The notes beneath the pieces were generated by a model that was not told the DNA's origin, did no database searches, and worked only from the letters and a program-made list of their open reading frames with translations. Position numbers and translations under genes: made by a program. Positions 12,513-24,917 of a DNA stretch of 43,917 nt are shown piece by piece (the stretch's first letter is position 1; every line of letters begins with the position of its first letter). Source of the DNA: Tubiluchus corallicola. Its lineage: Eukaryota; Animalia; Priapulida. The stretch is taken from positions 1 through 43,917 of the forward strand of contig JAQGDQ010001375.1 of assembly GCA_030141605.1 (NCBI GenBank). The letters run 5' to 3'.

Positions 12513-12904
12513 GTATGAAGCATAAAAAGCCCGTCTTGAAATTTTGTATCAGTTACATGTTGCTTTCTACACACAGAGTTTATATTAGCAGCAACGTTTT
12601 ACTAAACTTGTAAATTCAATTTAGGCGCAGTCATTTTAACAGTCAGATGTTGAGTAAGAAATTAAAGCAAGTTCTGTTAATAAATCAATTTGCTCCTGTC
12701 AATAAAATTAACAATATCCAATATATAACAATATATGTTTGTCTGTGAGCCAGTGACGTGTTAGTAGTTAGCACCAACATTTCAAATTATCAAGTAATTT
12801 TTTGAGCAGCTGCATTCGTTTTTCAAACAGTTAAACGTAATGCTCTACTTAATATAACTTTTGAAACATATATTATAAATTTACATTTTTTATCCTTCTT
12901 TTAG

Positions 12905-13015
12905 GTTATTGTGGTTGCCTATCCACCACGAGGTGTTCCATGGAATGATTATTTTCTCTATCTTGATCGTGGAGTTTATTAACCCAATCTGTACGATGAA
13001 CTATATTATGAATGA
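12905..13015 (+). pseudogene. Divergent cassette exon 6 with premature stop: VIVVAYPPRGVPWNDYFLYLDRGVY*PNLYDELYYE*
   Basis: TCCTTCTTTTAG acceptor; TAA at 12980-12982 where the mirrored copy has GAA. Confidence 0.55.
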
Positions 13016-13278
13016 AAAAAATGAAGGATACAAGAAGATTCCTTTGGTTTAGGTTCTTATTAATTCTTCGACTGAACCTAGTGGTTTGACCCAAATATGG
13101 AAACGTATACTGTGAAAATCTAGACATTTAAGGATAATTAAACGAGAGCGAATCTAGATTAATAATTTTTGTAACAATCAGAACCCAACATAAGCTGTTT
13201 TACAGGTTATTTTATAAACTGTACAAAATGTATTATGCTAATCGGATATGAACATCAGGTACATTTTTGATGTCACAG

Positions 13279-13327
13279 GCACACGCACGCACGCACGCAC
13301 GCACGCGCGCACACACACACACACACA
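13279..13327. repeat. (GCAC)n/(CA)n compound microsatellite (mirror ~34513-34563)
   Basis: Directly visible. Confidence 0.9.
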
Positions 13328-14814
13328 GATATATATGTAAGAAAACCTATATGTGTATAGAGTCATTTAAAACTTGTGAATTTCTGTACGTCGCTGTCAT
13401 TGTTATCATCGCCATTGTCAGCACCACTGTCGTTTATATTGCTCACTAATTACTATCCGGCTGGATTGAGCGGAATACCAGACATTATATTCTTATAAAT
13501 CGCCATCATCTTTTGCTTTAAAATTATTCATCGCGCATATTTTTACAAGTGAATATGGAACTGGAAGACATTAGAATGCAGAAGCAAGTTGATATACACG
13601 AAGGTGTCAAACACAGAATGATTCCTAAAACATATTCATTTATTAAAGTCACAGAAATATTTAACACCTATTTGTTGTCATCCTTAGTGGTGAGTGTTTA
13701 AAATGTGTAGTTATCAAAAATCAGAAAGTCATGGCGCGGTTGAAATGTCACAACCATTATGCAGAACTAATTACCTTAGCACAACTTTTATGCAGAAGTA
13801 ACTGGTGGTGATATAAAGGTTGTGCAGAATTCAACCATGTCATGACCTTCTTGTTCTGATAACTGCACATTTTGAAAATATACAACTGAGGATGCCACAA
13901 GAGACATGTTTAAATGTTTTGTGGATTTGTTTTAATAACAGCAAATTATGAACATGTTTTACGCAATCGCTCTGTTTGAAATTTTTACTATTATTAAGAT
14001 TTTCGAGGATAAATCTATTGCTGTATGTATACATAATACACGTAAATAACTTGTCTACAACGTAATACACAGATTAGAAATCAACTAAAAGGAAAACAGG
14101 ATGATTTTTCATATACTATCCCATTGTCCAGTACGGCAAAGAAGTATACACTTTAACACAATTAATACTGCAAGAGCCTTTCTGATAATTAAATAATAGA
14201 TTAAGATCTTAATTAACGGCAGGCGAGCCCAACTATTGATGACATCACAAATTAACATAATTTTCAACTTCAAAATCATTCCACGTGTTTGCGAAAGCGA
14301 AAATTGAAGTACAGTGCTACTGTATTCAGTGTGTTGTACTAAAACTAGGCAACTTTTAAGATAAAAATTCAAATTACAAATTTGCCGCTGTGCTCACGCA
14401 TAAGCTGTCGAACGTGTGTAGTTCATCACAAACTAACACATCTGAACCGAGAGGTACAGCACCCGTGTATTGAGCAGTGCATTTCCGAAATGCAGGCGCT
14501 AGTGCGTGTCTAACTAACGAATGGAGAAAAACTTGTAACGGCAGAGAACTAGTGGCGCGAACGCGGAAATGTGTTTGTGTGGTAATAATGTGTTCACGTG
14601 GGGCATTCTTTAAAAAATAGTGTTTTCTTTCAATATTTTAAAGAGTAGGTTGCTTTGACCTACAGTTTAACATTGGGTCCAGTTTTGCTTTAAACACGGA
14701 TATCATTGTTTTTACATGTTCATTACAGACCAAGATTTACCTGATGCTCCAGGGGTACATTGCTTTCCTCGACTTTTGTCGTGGATTTTATTTATGAAAG
14801 TGGGATTGACATCT

Positions 14815-17182
14815 ATATATTAATATTCTTGGTATGTTATATATATATATAAGATTCGAGGCTACAGCCTGGACGACGGCACCATTTGCGGCGATCTATA
14901 CATCAAACGAAAGGTCTCGGATCTAGTGTCGTGCCATTGATGGTTTATTTTTCGAATCGGGCCCACCGGGAGGAAGGGGGGGGGGCGAAAAACCTCCAAA
15001 AATGGCCATTTTTCGGCCGTTTTTTGCAAAACTTATACCTCTTATTTCTGAACAACGGGAACGGGCCGAGGGTGGTGCTGGGTATGGATTTGAATATTAT
15101 TATAATAAGTTTATAGTACTATTCAAGATGCGTAACGGTTAGCATGTGTATACATAAAACATTTACCGTTGTAGATATTGTACAGTCTGTTCTTATGTAA
15201 TTTCGCTGTGCAATACGTAGGCTTTCTTACGGTTTCTTTCAAGTGTTGCAAGACTAGCACAAGTTTTTCAAAAGCAAATTTGTTTCTGTTACTCAAAAAG
15301 AGTGAATTTGGTATAAAATTCGCCTCGCTAATTTGCAGATGAATTGTCAGAGAGCGTGGCATACATGATCGGTTTTTGGTTTTTGGGTGTAATAATGTGT
15401 TTTAAAAATGGCTTCTGTCATCGGGTGAAAGAGTGCGGTCCAGCTGGTACTCGCAAGTTATAAAATTTGATAATACAAGCCTTAACCCAGATGACCTGTT
15501 TTCACATTAAAGGCTTATAAATTTTTGTTAACGCGTTACTTTGATGGCTTAAAGAATTCTTAGTTATTATTGAACAAAAACAACCTAAAAATTAAATAAC
15601 TTACATTTTTCTACTGAATTTCAAACACATACGTTGCTGTAAAGATTGCCATGTTTCGCGTCTTTGGAGCGAGTCAGCGAGAATGACGTACCAGGCGTAG
15701 AAAGCGTCTTTGGTTACCGATGTTTGTTTACCGATCTTTGGTGACCTCATGACTGTACTCATTACGTCATTCGTCTCGCGCAACGAAAATGGCTGTTCTT
15801 CAAATTTAATACCAGTAACAACGAAGTGGCAAAATATCAAAAGAAACAAGTTTTACAGAAAAGTTTATAATAAAATAAATTTAATATTCGTAATGAAGGC
15901 AGGATTTTAGGTTTAAAAAGCTCATTTCATAGAGGGTTTAATTTGACTTTAATTTTTGGCCACCGTCTCATGAAACGTTCAAGCACTTATCTTTCAAATA
16001 CATAAAGTACAACTAGCTGACCCAACTGTCCACCTACATGGAAAATTAACTCCAGCTTAAAGTCACAAGAAGAATTATGTTCATGTATTTACTGTTCAAT
16101 CCAAAATTAAAAGGTATCTGCTATTAATATGAGTCCACCCCGGGTGTGTAAATCTCATAACATTACTGCACTTTTACCTGCTTATGTATTGCACTTTTTG
16201 AGCTAGAGAGGACCCAGTTTTGACATTTTGACCACCGTGTTTCCTGACAGATGCTTAACATGCGTTCATCCAGCTCCTGGTTCTGCGCAAATGCAAAGTA
16301 GCTCTGGCTCTAGTCCTGACTCAAGAATCTTCTTACTTCTGGCCTTGATTACACGACCTGAGTGGCTATAATTGTGAATTGAGAAGTTTTCGCGTAATAA
16401 TCTTTACTAGCAAAGGCCCCGCAAAAGATTTTGCGTAAAAAACCACGTGTAATGAATGACACGCGAACATTCTACCTAGTCCTCATTTTTAACACAAAGC
16501 CCGTAGCAGCTTTTACTGAATTACAGCAGCGTAGCAGCTTTTTGCTGAATTAAAGCTATAAGATTATAGACAGAACACAATGGATGACGTCACAACAATG
16601 CCTATGCGTCAGTAGTTTCTTAAGCGAAAATTGCGGAAAATAGAACATCTAATTAACTCGCCAGTACTCCTCTCGGTGGACCTGACCTAAAATGTAGCCC
16701 ACATCACCGTGTAGCCCCGTTCTTCCTCTTTCTGATGAGCCCCATATCTTCTTCCGAGAGTCCCACCAGGCGCCGCCAGAACGTTTTTTCCGCAGGCTGT
16801 TTGGTCAAAATCGCGAGTTGGGTCCGGGAAAACGCCCGTTGCGGGGCACCCTGGCCCTCTCGCGAATTCTAAATAGGCCTATGACACCCATCGCTGAACG
16901 GGCTATCTATCTATACCCAGCACCACCCTCGGCCCATTCCCGTTCTCTACATCTCAGGCGTATAACTTTTGCAAAAAACGGCCGAAAAATGGCCATTTTT
17001 GGAGGTTTTTCGCCCCCCGTTCCTCGCGGTGGGCCCCATTCGAAAAATAAACCCCCAATGAGACGACACTAGATCGAGACCTTTCGTTTGATATATAGAT
17101 CGCCGCAAATGGTGCCCTCGTCGAAGCTGTAGCCTCGAATCTTATATATAAATAAATATATATACCAAGAATATTAATATAT
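14815..17182. mobile_element. ~2.4-kb non-autonomous DNA element with ~270-bp TIRs and TA-rich ends
   Basis: 14815-15089 is the imperfect reverse complement of ~16910-17182 (ATATTAATATTCTTGGTAT..(TA)n..AAGATTCGAGGCTACAGC...GGTGCTGGGTAT); no transposase ORF; superfamily not assignable. Confidence 0.8.
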
Positions 17183-17899
17183 TAGTAGATTAAATTACAA
17201 AAGTCAATTGAGAAAGCACTGAAGCGATCAAGGGTAGCATTCCTTGCAGTGTATTGCACGTTGGTCCCTGGTACAAACTCCAGCTGTGTTCAGGTGTCTT
17301 TAGGTGCAAAAGTTTCATTGCGACCGTTCTAAGCACGTGTATCAGGTGTTCTTAAGAAGATTTTAGGCAAGGTTTTTTTCTACGGACAATAGGTAAGTAA
17401 TGCATGGGATTATATTATTATTTCAAACAATCACAAAATTATAGACAGAAAATATAATTATTAAAATTCTTATTGGCTGCATCGTGTCAACTTTTTATAA
17501 TAAATTTCTGAATCGACAAAGAGACGTGAAGCGCTCAGAACGGCCTTGATTTACAACACATTGCTCTTTTGTTCAATCTTTGGTCAGCACGCTCGCAGAA
17601 TCAGACTTCAGTTTCCAACTCCAAGTTACTGTCAGATTTTCAGGATTTGTTGTACAGTTTTGGAACACTTTTTAGTCTAGCGTGCATTCTTTTAACTCTG
17701 AACAGTGTTTTCATGTGACCCTTTTCTGCGAATTTGGCCGTAATATGGCATTTCTTGAAGACTGATTTGGCTGAGTGACTTTAGCCTCAACAGCCTGTCA
17801 ATTGCATCAGAAGTATCGTCTTTGCTAAATGCATAATGAGTGTTGCAGTTTTTCATACTTTTCTCTGCATACGTTCTGCGCAAGAAAAAACGTTTATAA

Positions 17900-19233
17900 A
17901 ATTCATCACAAAAATTCTACACCACAGTCTTATAAAGCAAATCCATTGACGGTGCCTCATGGCTTTCCAACCCAAGTTACCCTCCAAAGCTGCGTTGGTG
18001 TGTATTTTCCAACACGGTATAAAAACGGCAAGCATGTTGATAAACAGCTTTAACCCTTTCATTCCCAAATTATTTTTTTAATAAGAAAAAAATTTTTGGC
18101 TTGGTACTTTTGTTCAGTATGTCCATGTTGTTTACACATAATTGTTTTTTTCTACCTGTGCCCGCGTACTAAATATAGCCTGTGTCCCACGGGATACATT
18201 GGGATTCAATGGAAGCATAAAATGTGCTTCATTTTGCAACTGCTGATAATTTTTTAAAGTATTTAAGACATTTAGCATGCATGCTGTGCTGATCTGTACA
18301 AGTTGTCTTTAAAGTACTGTACCTTGCGCAGTTTTTTATGCCATGCAGATTTTCTAGTTCGCCATTTTATCGCCATTTTTTCTCTATTGTTATTGGCTTA
18401 AATCAAAATAACTATTAACAGATCAAATAACTGTCAGTTTTAAAATTTTATTAATTTTAAAGGCAGAAAATATTCATGTATCCCACGGGATACAACGGGT
18501 ATGAAAGGGTTAATACAGGAGTAACTACGATAACCCCTAATGGCAGCACCGTACATAGGAATCAGTACAACCGTAGAGTCAAACAACTCAGTATAAATGC
18601 TAAAAGGTTTAGACTTTGCAGTTATTACGCAAAGTGCTTTATTCGCGTGACAAGAAATGTCATTTGCAATTACACTAAAATCTAAAAATTCGGTAATAGT
18701 GATACCCAAGCAACTTCTGCAGTTATACTGATTTACTATTTTTAATTTGTTTGCATCACTGGTAAACTCAAATAGAGATCAAACTACGCATTTGCTACGA
18801 ACATGGACGACATTAACATAAATTCACAAGTTCCAGTTTTTGCATCGGTCGTGAACTACATTCAGCATTGATTGTAAATCTCTTTCATTTAGAGCTACAA
18901 GTACAATATCATCTGCATATGATAAAATGCATATTTTTATTTACTTTCACACATTTTTCCCATGGTTTCTAGGTCTAATGTCAGGTCATTTATTATATAC
19001 AGTGAAAAGAACAGTGGCAACAATATGCAGCCTTGTTTTAATCCCTTGCCAACATTAAGCCAGTCAGTTAAGAAACCATTTACTTGGACTCAGGGTTTTA
19101 CATTGTTATATATTTCTTTCAAGGCATTAAGCATTTTACCACTAAGACCAATGCAGAGAGCTTGTGCCACAGCATATCTCTATGGATACAATCAAAAAGG
19201 CTTTGCTAAGGTCAATGTATGCCGCAAAAATTG
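17900..19233 (-). mobile_element. Degenerate non-LTR retrotransposon (LINE) reverse transcriptase fragment
   Basis: Mirror of 28657-29990; RT motifs interrupted by stops and frameshifts. Confidence 0.85.
18054..18509. mobile_element. piggyBac-type MITE (456 bp) nested in the LINE relic
   Basis: TTAA TSDs at 18050-18053 and 18510-18513; TIRs CCCTTTCATTCCC / GGGTATGAAAGGG; internal near-palindromes TGTRTCCCACGGGATACA. Confidence 0.9.
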
Positions 19234-19387
19234 ACTCTCAGTTTGTACATGAAAGAGCCAACCTCTAGGAATGTTCCCTCTTGTAGTTATGGAAAATGCA
19301 AAATTGTGTAAAATGTTCTTCTGGCACTTATTACAGTAGTTTGTTTTCCCAGTTTGTAGACTTTGCTTGGTGTTAAACTAATTGTTT

Positions 19388-19942
19388 CTACGGCTATATA
19401 ACGTTGAAAACATCGGTTCTCGTCTGATCACCGAAGTTAAGCAACGCAGAGCCTGGTTAGTACTTGGATGGGCGACCGCCTAGGAATACCAGGTGCTGTA
19501 GGCTTGCGGGATGCCCACACTGTATCTCGACACTAGGCGAAGGAGCTGCACAAGGCAGCCAACGGCTAGAGGGCGGAGGAGGTCAAGTGACCCAACGGCC
19601 ATGTGTAGAGGAGTAAACCTTCCAAATCAGGCGTGGAGCCCCGTTGGCGGACCAGTGCAGCATGTTCACTGACTCCGGCAGCTCCTGGAGGAAACCTGGT
19701 GCCAAACGTATCGCTCCGCTTTCCTTTGGACTACACCAGGGAGGAAGAGAGGGGGTTCCTGTTGTCTGGGCAACGCAGGATCTCCATACACCTTGCCCAG
19801 GCATGCGCCCTGGAGATGCCACTCCAGTGGTTCAAGGATCGGATTGCTCAGCCACAGTCGACGCTGCAGCCCCATCAATGTGATCAATAACTGACTCTCT
19901 TGGCGCACACTCCATTGTCTTCCGAGACAGAAGGATGCCAAC
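19388..19942 (+). mobile_element. 5S rRNA-headed SINE (SINE3 type), full length with 13-bp TSD
   Basis: 5S-like 120 nt at ~19386-19505 (GATCACCGAAGTTAAGC...GTTAGTACTTGGATGGGCGACCGCCTAGGAATACCAGGTGCTGTAGGCTT) with no oligo-T terminator; GC-rich body; AAACTAATTGTTT duplicated at 19375-19387 and 19943-19955. Confidence 0.9.
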
Positions 19943-20499
19943 AAACTAATTGTTTGCTGGTTGTTGTAATCTGTACATGGTACTGTTTTTTTTGCAGTTT
20001 TCTTTACATGATAACCTCTTTCCAAGTTATTTCTAGTTGTATTATGACATTTTGAATTTCACAGTTGTGTGATGATATAAGTTTTTCTATGCCTTGGTTA
20101 GTGGTGTCATAATTGTACTAATTAATTCTTTTGGCTTGATTTATAGCATTGAAAATGACATTTGCTGTCGAAACGATCGTTTGTTTCTCAATTTGATTCG
20201 AATATCTACAACTGTGATAGGCTAGACATGTGATCAAGACAACTTCTGAGTCCTTTCTATACCAGATTTGTCTTGGATATTTCACGCTAAACATGATGTT
20301 ACGTTCAAAGTTTAATAACTGTCTTAGTTTTAGGCAGGCATCTCAAATTCTTTCCAGTATTTAATGACAGAATAATGCTGTGCGATGACAGCAGTTAATT
20401 TTTTTCTGGCATAATAGCGGCAGACATCTCACGAGCTTGTCAATAAATATGTATTCAATCACCTACCAAATATATTTCTAGCAGATAAAAATAGCGAAC

Positions 20500-20522
20500 A
20501 GGTCACAAAGGTCACCAGGTTA
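20500..20522 (+). promoter_or_regulatory. Candidate nuclear-receptor element (AGGTCA-caa-AGGTCA, DR3, plus AGGTTA) upstream of a putative non-coding first exon of the SDR gene
   Basis: Two perfect half-sites, kept in the copies at 27346-27360 and 43378-43392; GTAAGT donor at 20587; acceptor TTTTTAG just before the first coding exon. Confidence 0.4.
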
Positions 20523-20780
20523 GCTGTTCAGTAGTACAAATGCAATGACTTATACAAAATCAAGTTGATAGTGAATGAAGTGCTAAGTAAGTTTGTGGTT
20601 CTGGGAATTGGTATTTTTCTAGTTAGAAGGTTTGGACTATTTTGGGTTAATATAATTTGATATCAGTGTTTCTAGGGAGCGGATATATAATTTCAAAAGT
20701 GAAGACCTAGGTATGTGTAAACAGAAGAACAAATAAAATAAAAAACTAAACGTTAACTAAGCAGTATGATGTTACCTGTA

Positions 20781-20888
<108 letters not shown>

Positions 20889-21312
20889 GTGCTTTTTGCT
20901 TAACTATGATAAAGGGACATACTGCGCATTATTCTGTTGTATATTAGTACTTCATTTTCAGAAGGCCCGTTGATTCTACTTTTCCCAGAATTCAACCAAA
21001 TTCTGCAAATCTGTTACTGGCTTATATTGGTCATGTTTAGGAATTTTTTGGATTAACTAATCAGACTGGAGGGAAAGGCTTTCCAGAAATTTAATAAGCT
21101 GTAGTAAATGTGTAGTTTGTACTTTATCACATTTCTGTACCTGTGGGTACAGACCTAAGTACAACCCTACTTCTGTACTTGCATGACTGGTACAGGAAGG
21201 GACGATATTAGAAAAAACTAATGACATTTTAATGACAATTGTCAGCAGTTTCGTTATTTACAATCACGAGGAAAAATTAGCTTTTTAGAAGTGGATTTTA
21301 GAAGAACACACG

Positions 21313-24300
21313 ATGAAGATTGAAGGAAAGGTTGCGCTGATTACTGGAGCAGCTTCTGGTATTGGAAAGGCTTACTGCGAAGCACTGCTAGAGAGAAAGA
21401 TCAAGGTACAGCATCTAAACTTGCATAAGATCTAATTACTGTAGCTTACTAGCACGACTACAAACTAAAGTTTATTTATAAAAAATATCTTTTATGTAAC
21501 ACAGCATTATGTCAGAACCCTAGAACTAATGGTAGAAGTGCAACTAAACTTGTGCTACTGTTATGGATCATCTGGATGGGTGACCGTGGTTGAATTAGCA
21601 GTTGGTGGAAATTTGAAAACAATGTTGGTGCAACAACTCTAATTACCACACATATTAACAATGTTTTGCGTTATACTTACAGGGTGTGGTTATGGTAGAT
21701 TTTGACGAAGAAGCTGGGCGTGCAACAGAAAGTGAATTTGCTACAAAATTTGGTACTGGTCGTGCCATATTTGTGAAAGCCAATGTCACAGATGATACTC
21801 AACTAGAAGAAGCTTTCAAAGAGGCTATAAAGATATTTGGAGGGCTTGATATTGTGTCCTGCACAGCTGGAGTGATGGATGAAAAGAATTACAAAAGAAT
21901 GCTTTCGATAAATCTGGTAAAAATTGTCACTGTAGGAAATATGTAACTGACGTATCTATGACTATGATACTTTGGTCAGAACACAGTTTACTAAAAATAT
22001 TAATTTGAATAGAAATTGAGTACCATGGTAAGTTAAAAGTAACTTTGAGTACTAAGTTACTTATGTTGAACTCAGTTGGTACAAATCATACTCAATTTAA
22101 TACTTTTCCTGGCTTTTTAATTTTTTTCAGTTTGGTTATTAAAATATTAAAATAATGTGTTAAACAAATTTTTTGAGCAGCAGAAGTGCTGAGGCTGCAA
22201 CAGCGTTTCTTTGCAGAGCATTTGTTTCTAAACGACTGAATTGAATAAATTTTGTTTCTCAAAACGAGTACAAAAAAGATTCGTGAAATTGTTTATATAG
22301 CTTCGAGATTAACCTACCATTTCTGAAATTCCTGTTTAAAGCACAAAAAACCCTCCACTTACATCAAGCTTAAAAAATTCATCTTGAAATTTTTTAACCA
22401 CTTACATACTGCCTTTTTACATGCATGGCTTGCGTCGGCAGTAACGCTATACAAAACGTGTAAATTTAAATTCTCGCGATAACCATTAGACGCAGCCAAG
22501 CGTTTGAAACAAATAACACTGAGTAAAGTTTGAAAAATAATCAGAGCATGAGTAGCACATATGTTACTAACTTAGTAAAATTTTATATTACACTATATCT
22601 TGTCAATAGGACGCAAAATATGTTTTTGGTTAGAGAGTGGCGCACCCTGCAGGGTGAGCCAGCGACATTTTACCAATTGGCTCGAACATTTTAAATTATT
22701 ATTTCTAGTTACATAAGTCTTTAAAGCAGGTAAGCGAAATGCTAAGTAATAAAGATTTGCATAGAAAGTCTTTTGGGACATAATTTAACATTTTCTTTTC
22801 TTCCCTTGATATACGTTTTGCGTAGGTGACGTCACGTAATGGCGACTTCGGAACAGTATTGTGAGAGATTTAAAATGAAAATAAACAAAAATTCCTTTTA
22901 ACGCGAGTACGATATACGATATGCATCAAATTGCTATAAGCTAATATATTTTTTTAAAGCGACTTTTCTGAAACATACTTTAGAACACCCTTTTCTTGTC
23001 CTTTAAATACGCTGATACACGCCACCTACTTGCAGACTGGCTTTTACCGTTTTCCTAATAGTACATTCTGGTACAGTAGTAACCGAAAAGAAACAGTGTA
23101 GGGTTTTTAATCCTCTTTGTAACAGTCATGATACCTGCTATTTCGGTTTCAGGAGGCAGTAATAACAGGTTCATACTTGGCACTTGATTACATAGGAAAA
23201 AGTAGCGAAGGTAAATCTGGAGTAGTGATCAACACCGCATCCGTCTTAGGTGAGAGCAACTTTCATACTTTGCAATGTTTTATGAATTGTAAAGGACGTA
23301 GATGTAGACCTAGCTCGAATTTGAACTCGAATTTAACGTTTATTACGTAGGGCTAACTCAAATTTAACCTTTATTACGTAGGACTAACTCGAATTTAACG
23401 TTTATTACTTAGGGCTAACTCAAATTTAACCTTTATTACGTAGGCCTAACTCGAATTTAACGTTTATTACGTATGGCTAACTCAAATTTAACCTTTATTA
23501 TGTAGGCCCAATTCGAATTTAACTTTTATTATGTAAGACTAACTTGAACTCAACTTTTATTATGTAGGCCTAACTCGAATTTAACTTTTATTATGTAAGA
23601 CTAACTTGAATTTAACTTTTTTTATGTAGGACTAACTCGAATTTAACTTTTATTATGTGAGAGTAACTTGAATTTAACTTTTATTACGTAGGCCTAACTC
23701 GAATTTAACTTTTATTATGTAAGCGTAACTAGAATTTAACTTTTATTATGTAGGCCTAACTCGAATTTAACTTTTATTACGTAGGCCTAACTCGAATTTA
23801 ACTTTTATTATGTAGGCCTAACTCGAATTTAACTTTTATTATGTAGGCCTAACTCGAATTTAACTTTTATTATGTAGGCCTAACTAGAATTTAACTTTCA
23901 TTATGTAAGCGTAACTTCAATTTAACTTTTATTATGTAGGCCTAACTCGAATTTAACTTTTATTATGTAGGCCTAACTCGAATTTAACTTTTATTATGTA
24001 AGACTAATTTAAATTTAACTTTTGTTATGTAAGACTAACTTGAATTTAACTTTTATTATGTAAGACTAATTTAAATTTAACTTTTATTATGTAGGACTAA
24101 CTCGAATTTAATTTTTATTACGTAAGACTAACTCGAATTTAACTTTTAGTACGTAAGACTAACTCGAATTTAACTTTTATTACGTATTGTAATTTCAATG
24201 CAACTCTGACATTTTGGTCTTGAACTGTGAAATGAATTCCTGCAACGAGTTGGAATTTCTAAACGGTTTTTCTTGTTTCCCATTCAGGTCTCGTTGGTTT

Positions 24301-24367
24301 TGCGGGATTGCCTGCTTACTGCGCATCTAAATTTGGTGTTGTGGGTTTAACAAGATCATTGAGTCAG
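21313..24367 (+). pseudogene. HPGD: 15-hydroxyprostaglandin dehydrogenase-like short-chain dehydrogenase, 4 coding exons (21313-21405, 21683-21916, 23153-23249, 24288-24367; 168 codons), 3' exons missing
   Basis: MKIEGKVALITGAASGIG (TGxxxGIG), GVVINTASVLG and catalytic YCASK motifs; GT-AG introns; 93-nt and 97-nt exons match vertebrate HPGD exon sizes as I recall them; sequence folds back at 24911 before the C-terminal exons. Symbol denotes family likeness, not proven orthology. Confidence 0.85.
23311..24186. repeat. 31-bp minisatellite, ~28 copies, in an SDR intron
   Basis: Unit TAACTCGAATTTAACTTTTATTATGTAGGCC with variants. Confidence 0.95.
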
Positions 24368-24503
24368 GTAAATGTTGATACATGTTACTGGTGAAAGATA
24401 CACGTGGGAAAAACTTTGAATAGCTAGTGTCATACTAGACAGTAGCTAAGATGTTTAAAATGTTAACGATCGATGAAGACATCATCGTTGTACCCATCAT
24501 CTA

Positions 24504-24917
24504 GTGAGTGATAGCAAAGATACAAAAGATGACTGATTTCAGATCTCACACAACAAGTTTGTGTGTTATTAAGTATTGTGAGTGATACCAAAGATACAAA
24601 AGATGGGTGATTTCAGATCTGACCACAACAAGTGTGTGTGTTATTAGGTACTGTGAGTGATACCAAAGATACAAAAGATGAGTGATTTCAGATCTCACCA
24701 CAACAAGTGTGTGTGTTACTAAGTATTGTGAGTGATACCAAAGATACAAAAGATGGGTGATTTCAGATCTGACCACAACAAGTGTGTGTGTTATTAGGTA
24801 CTGTGAGTGATACCAAAGATACAAAAGATGAGTGATTTCAGATCTCACCACAACAAGTGTGTGTGTTACTAAGTATTGTGAGTGATACCAAAGATACAAA
24901 AGATGGGTGATTTCAGA
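24504..24917. repeat. 75-bp minisatellite, ~5.5 copies with alternating A/B variants, cut by the inversion junction
   Basis: GTGAGTGATACCAAAGATACAAAAG at 24578, 24653, 24728, 24803 and 24878. Confidence 0.95.

Noticed and set aside
19386-19505. Functional 5S rRNA gene
   Set aside because: Diverged 5' stem, no oligo-T terminator, and fused to a body flanked by TSDs, i.e. a SINE head.
19583-20025. Overlapping ORFs in four frames (and mirrors 27946-28307)
   Set aside because: GC-rich SINE body with few stop codons; no recognisable protein.
23311-24917. 31-bp and 75-bp repeats as CRISPR arrays; ORF 24546-24899 as a repeat protein
   Set aside because: Head-to-tail units without unique spacers, no cas genes, intronic position in a eukaryotic gene; the ORF is a by-product of a stop-free 75-bp unit.
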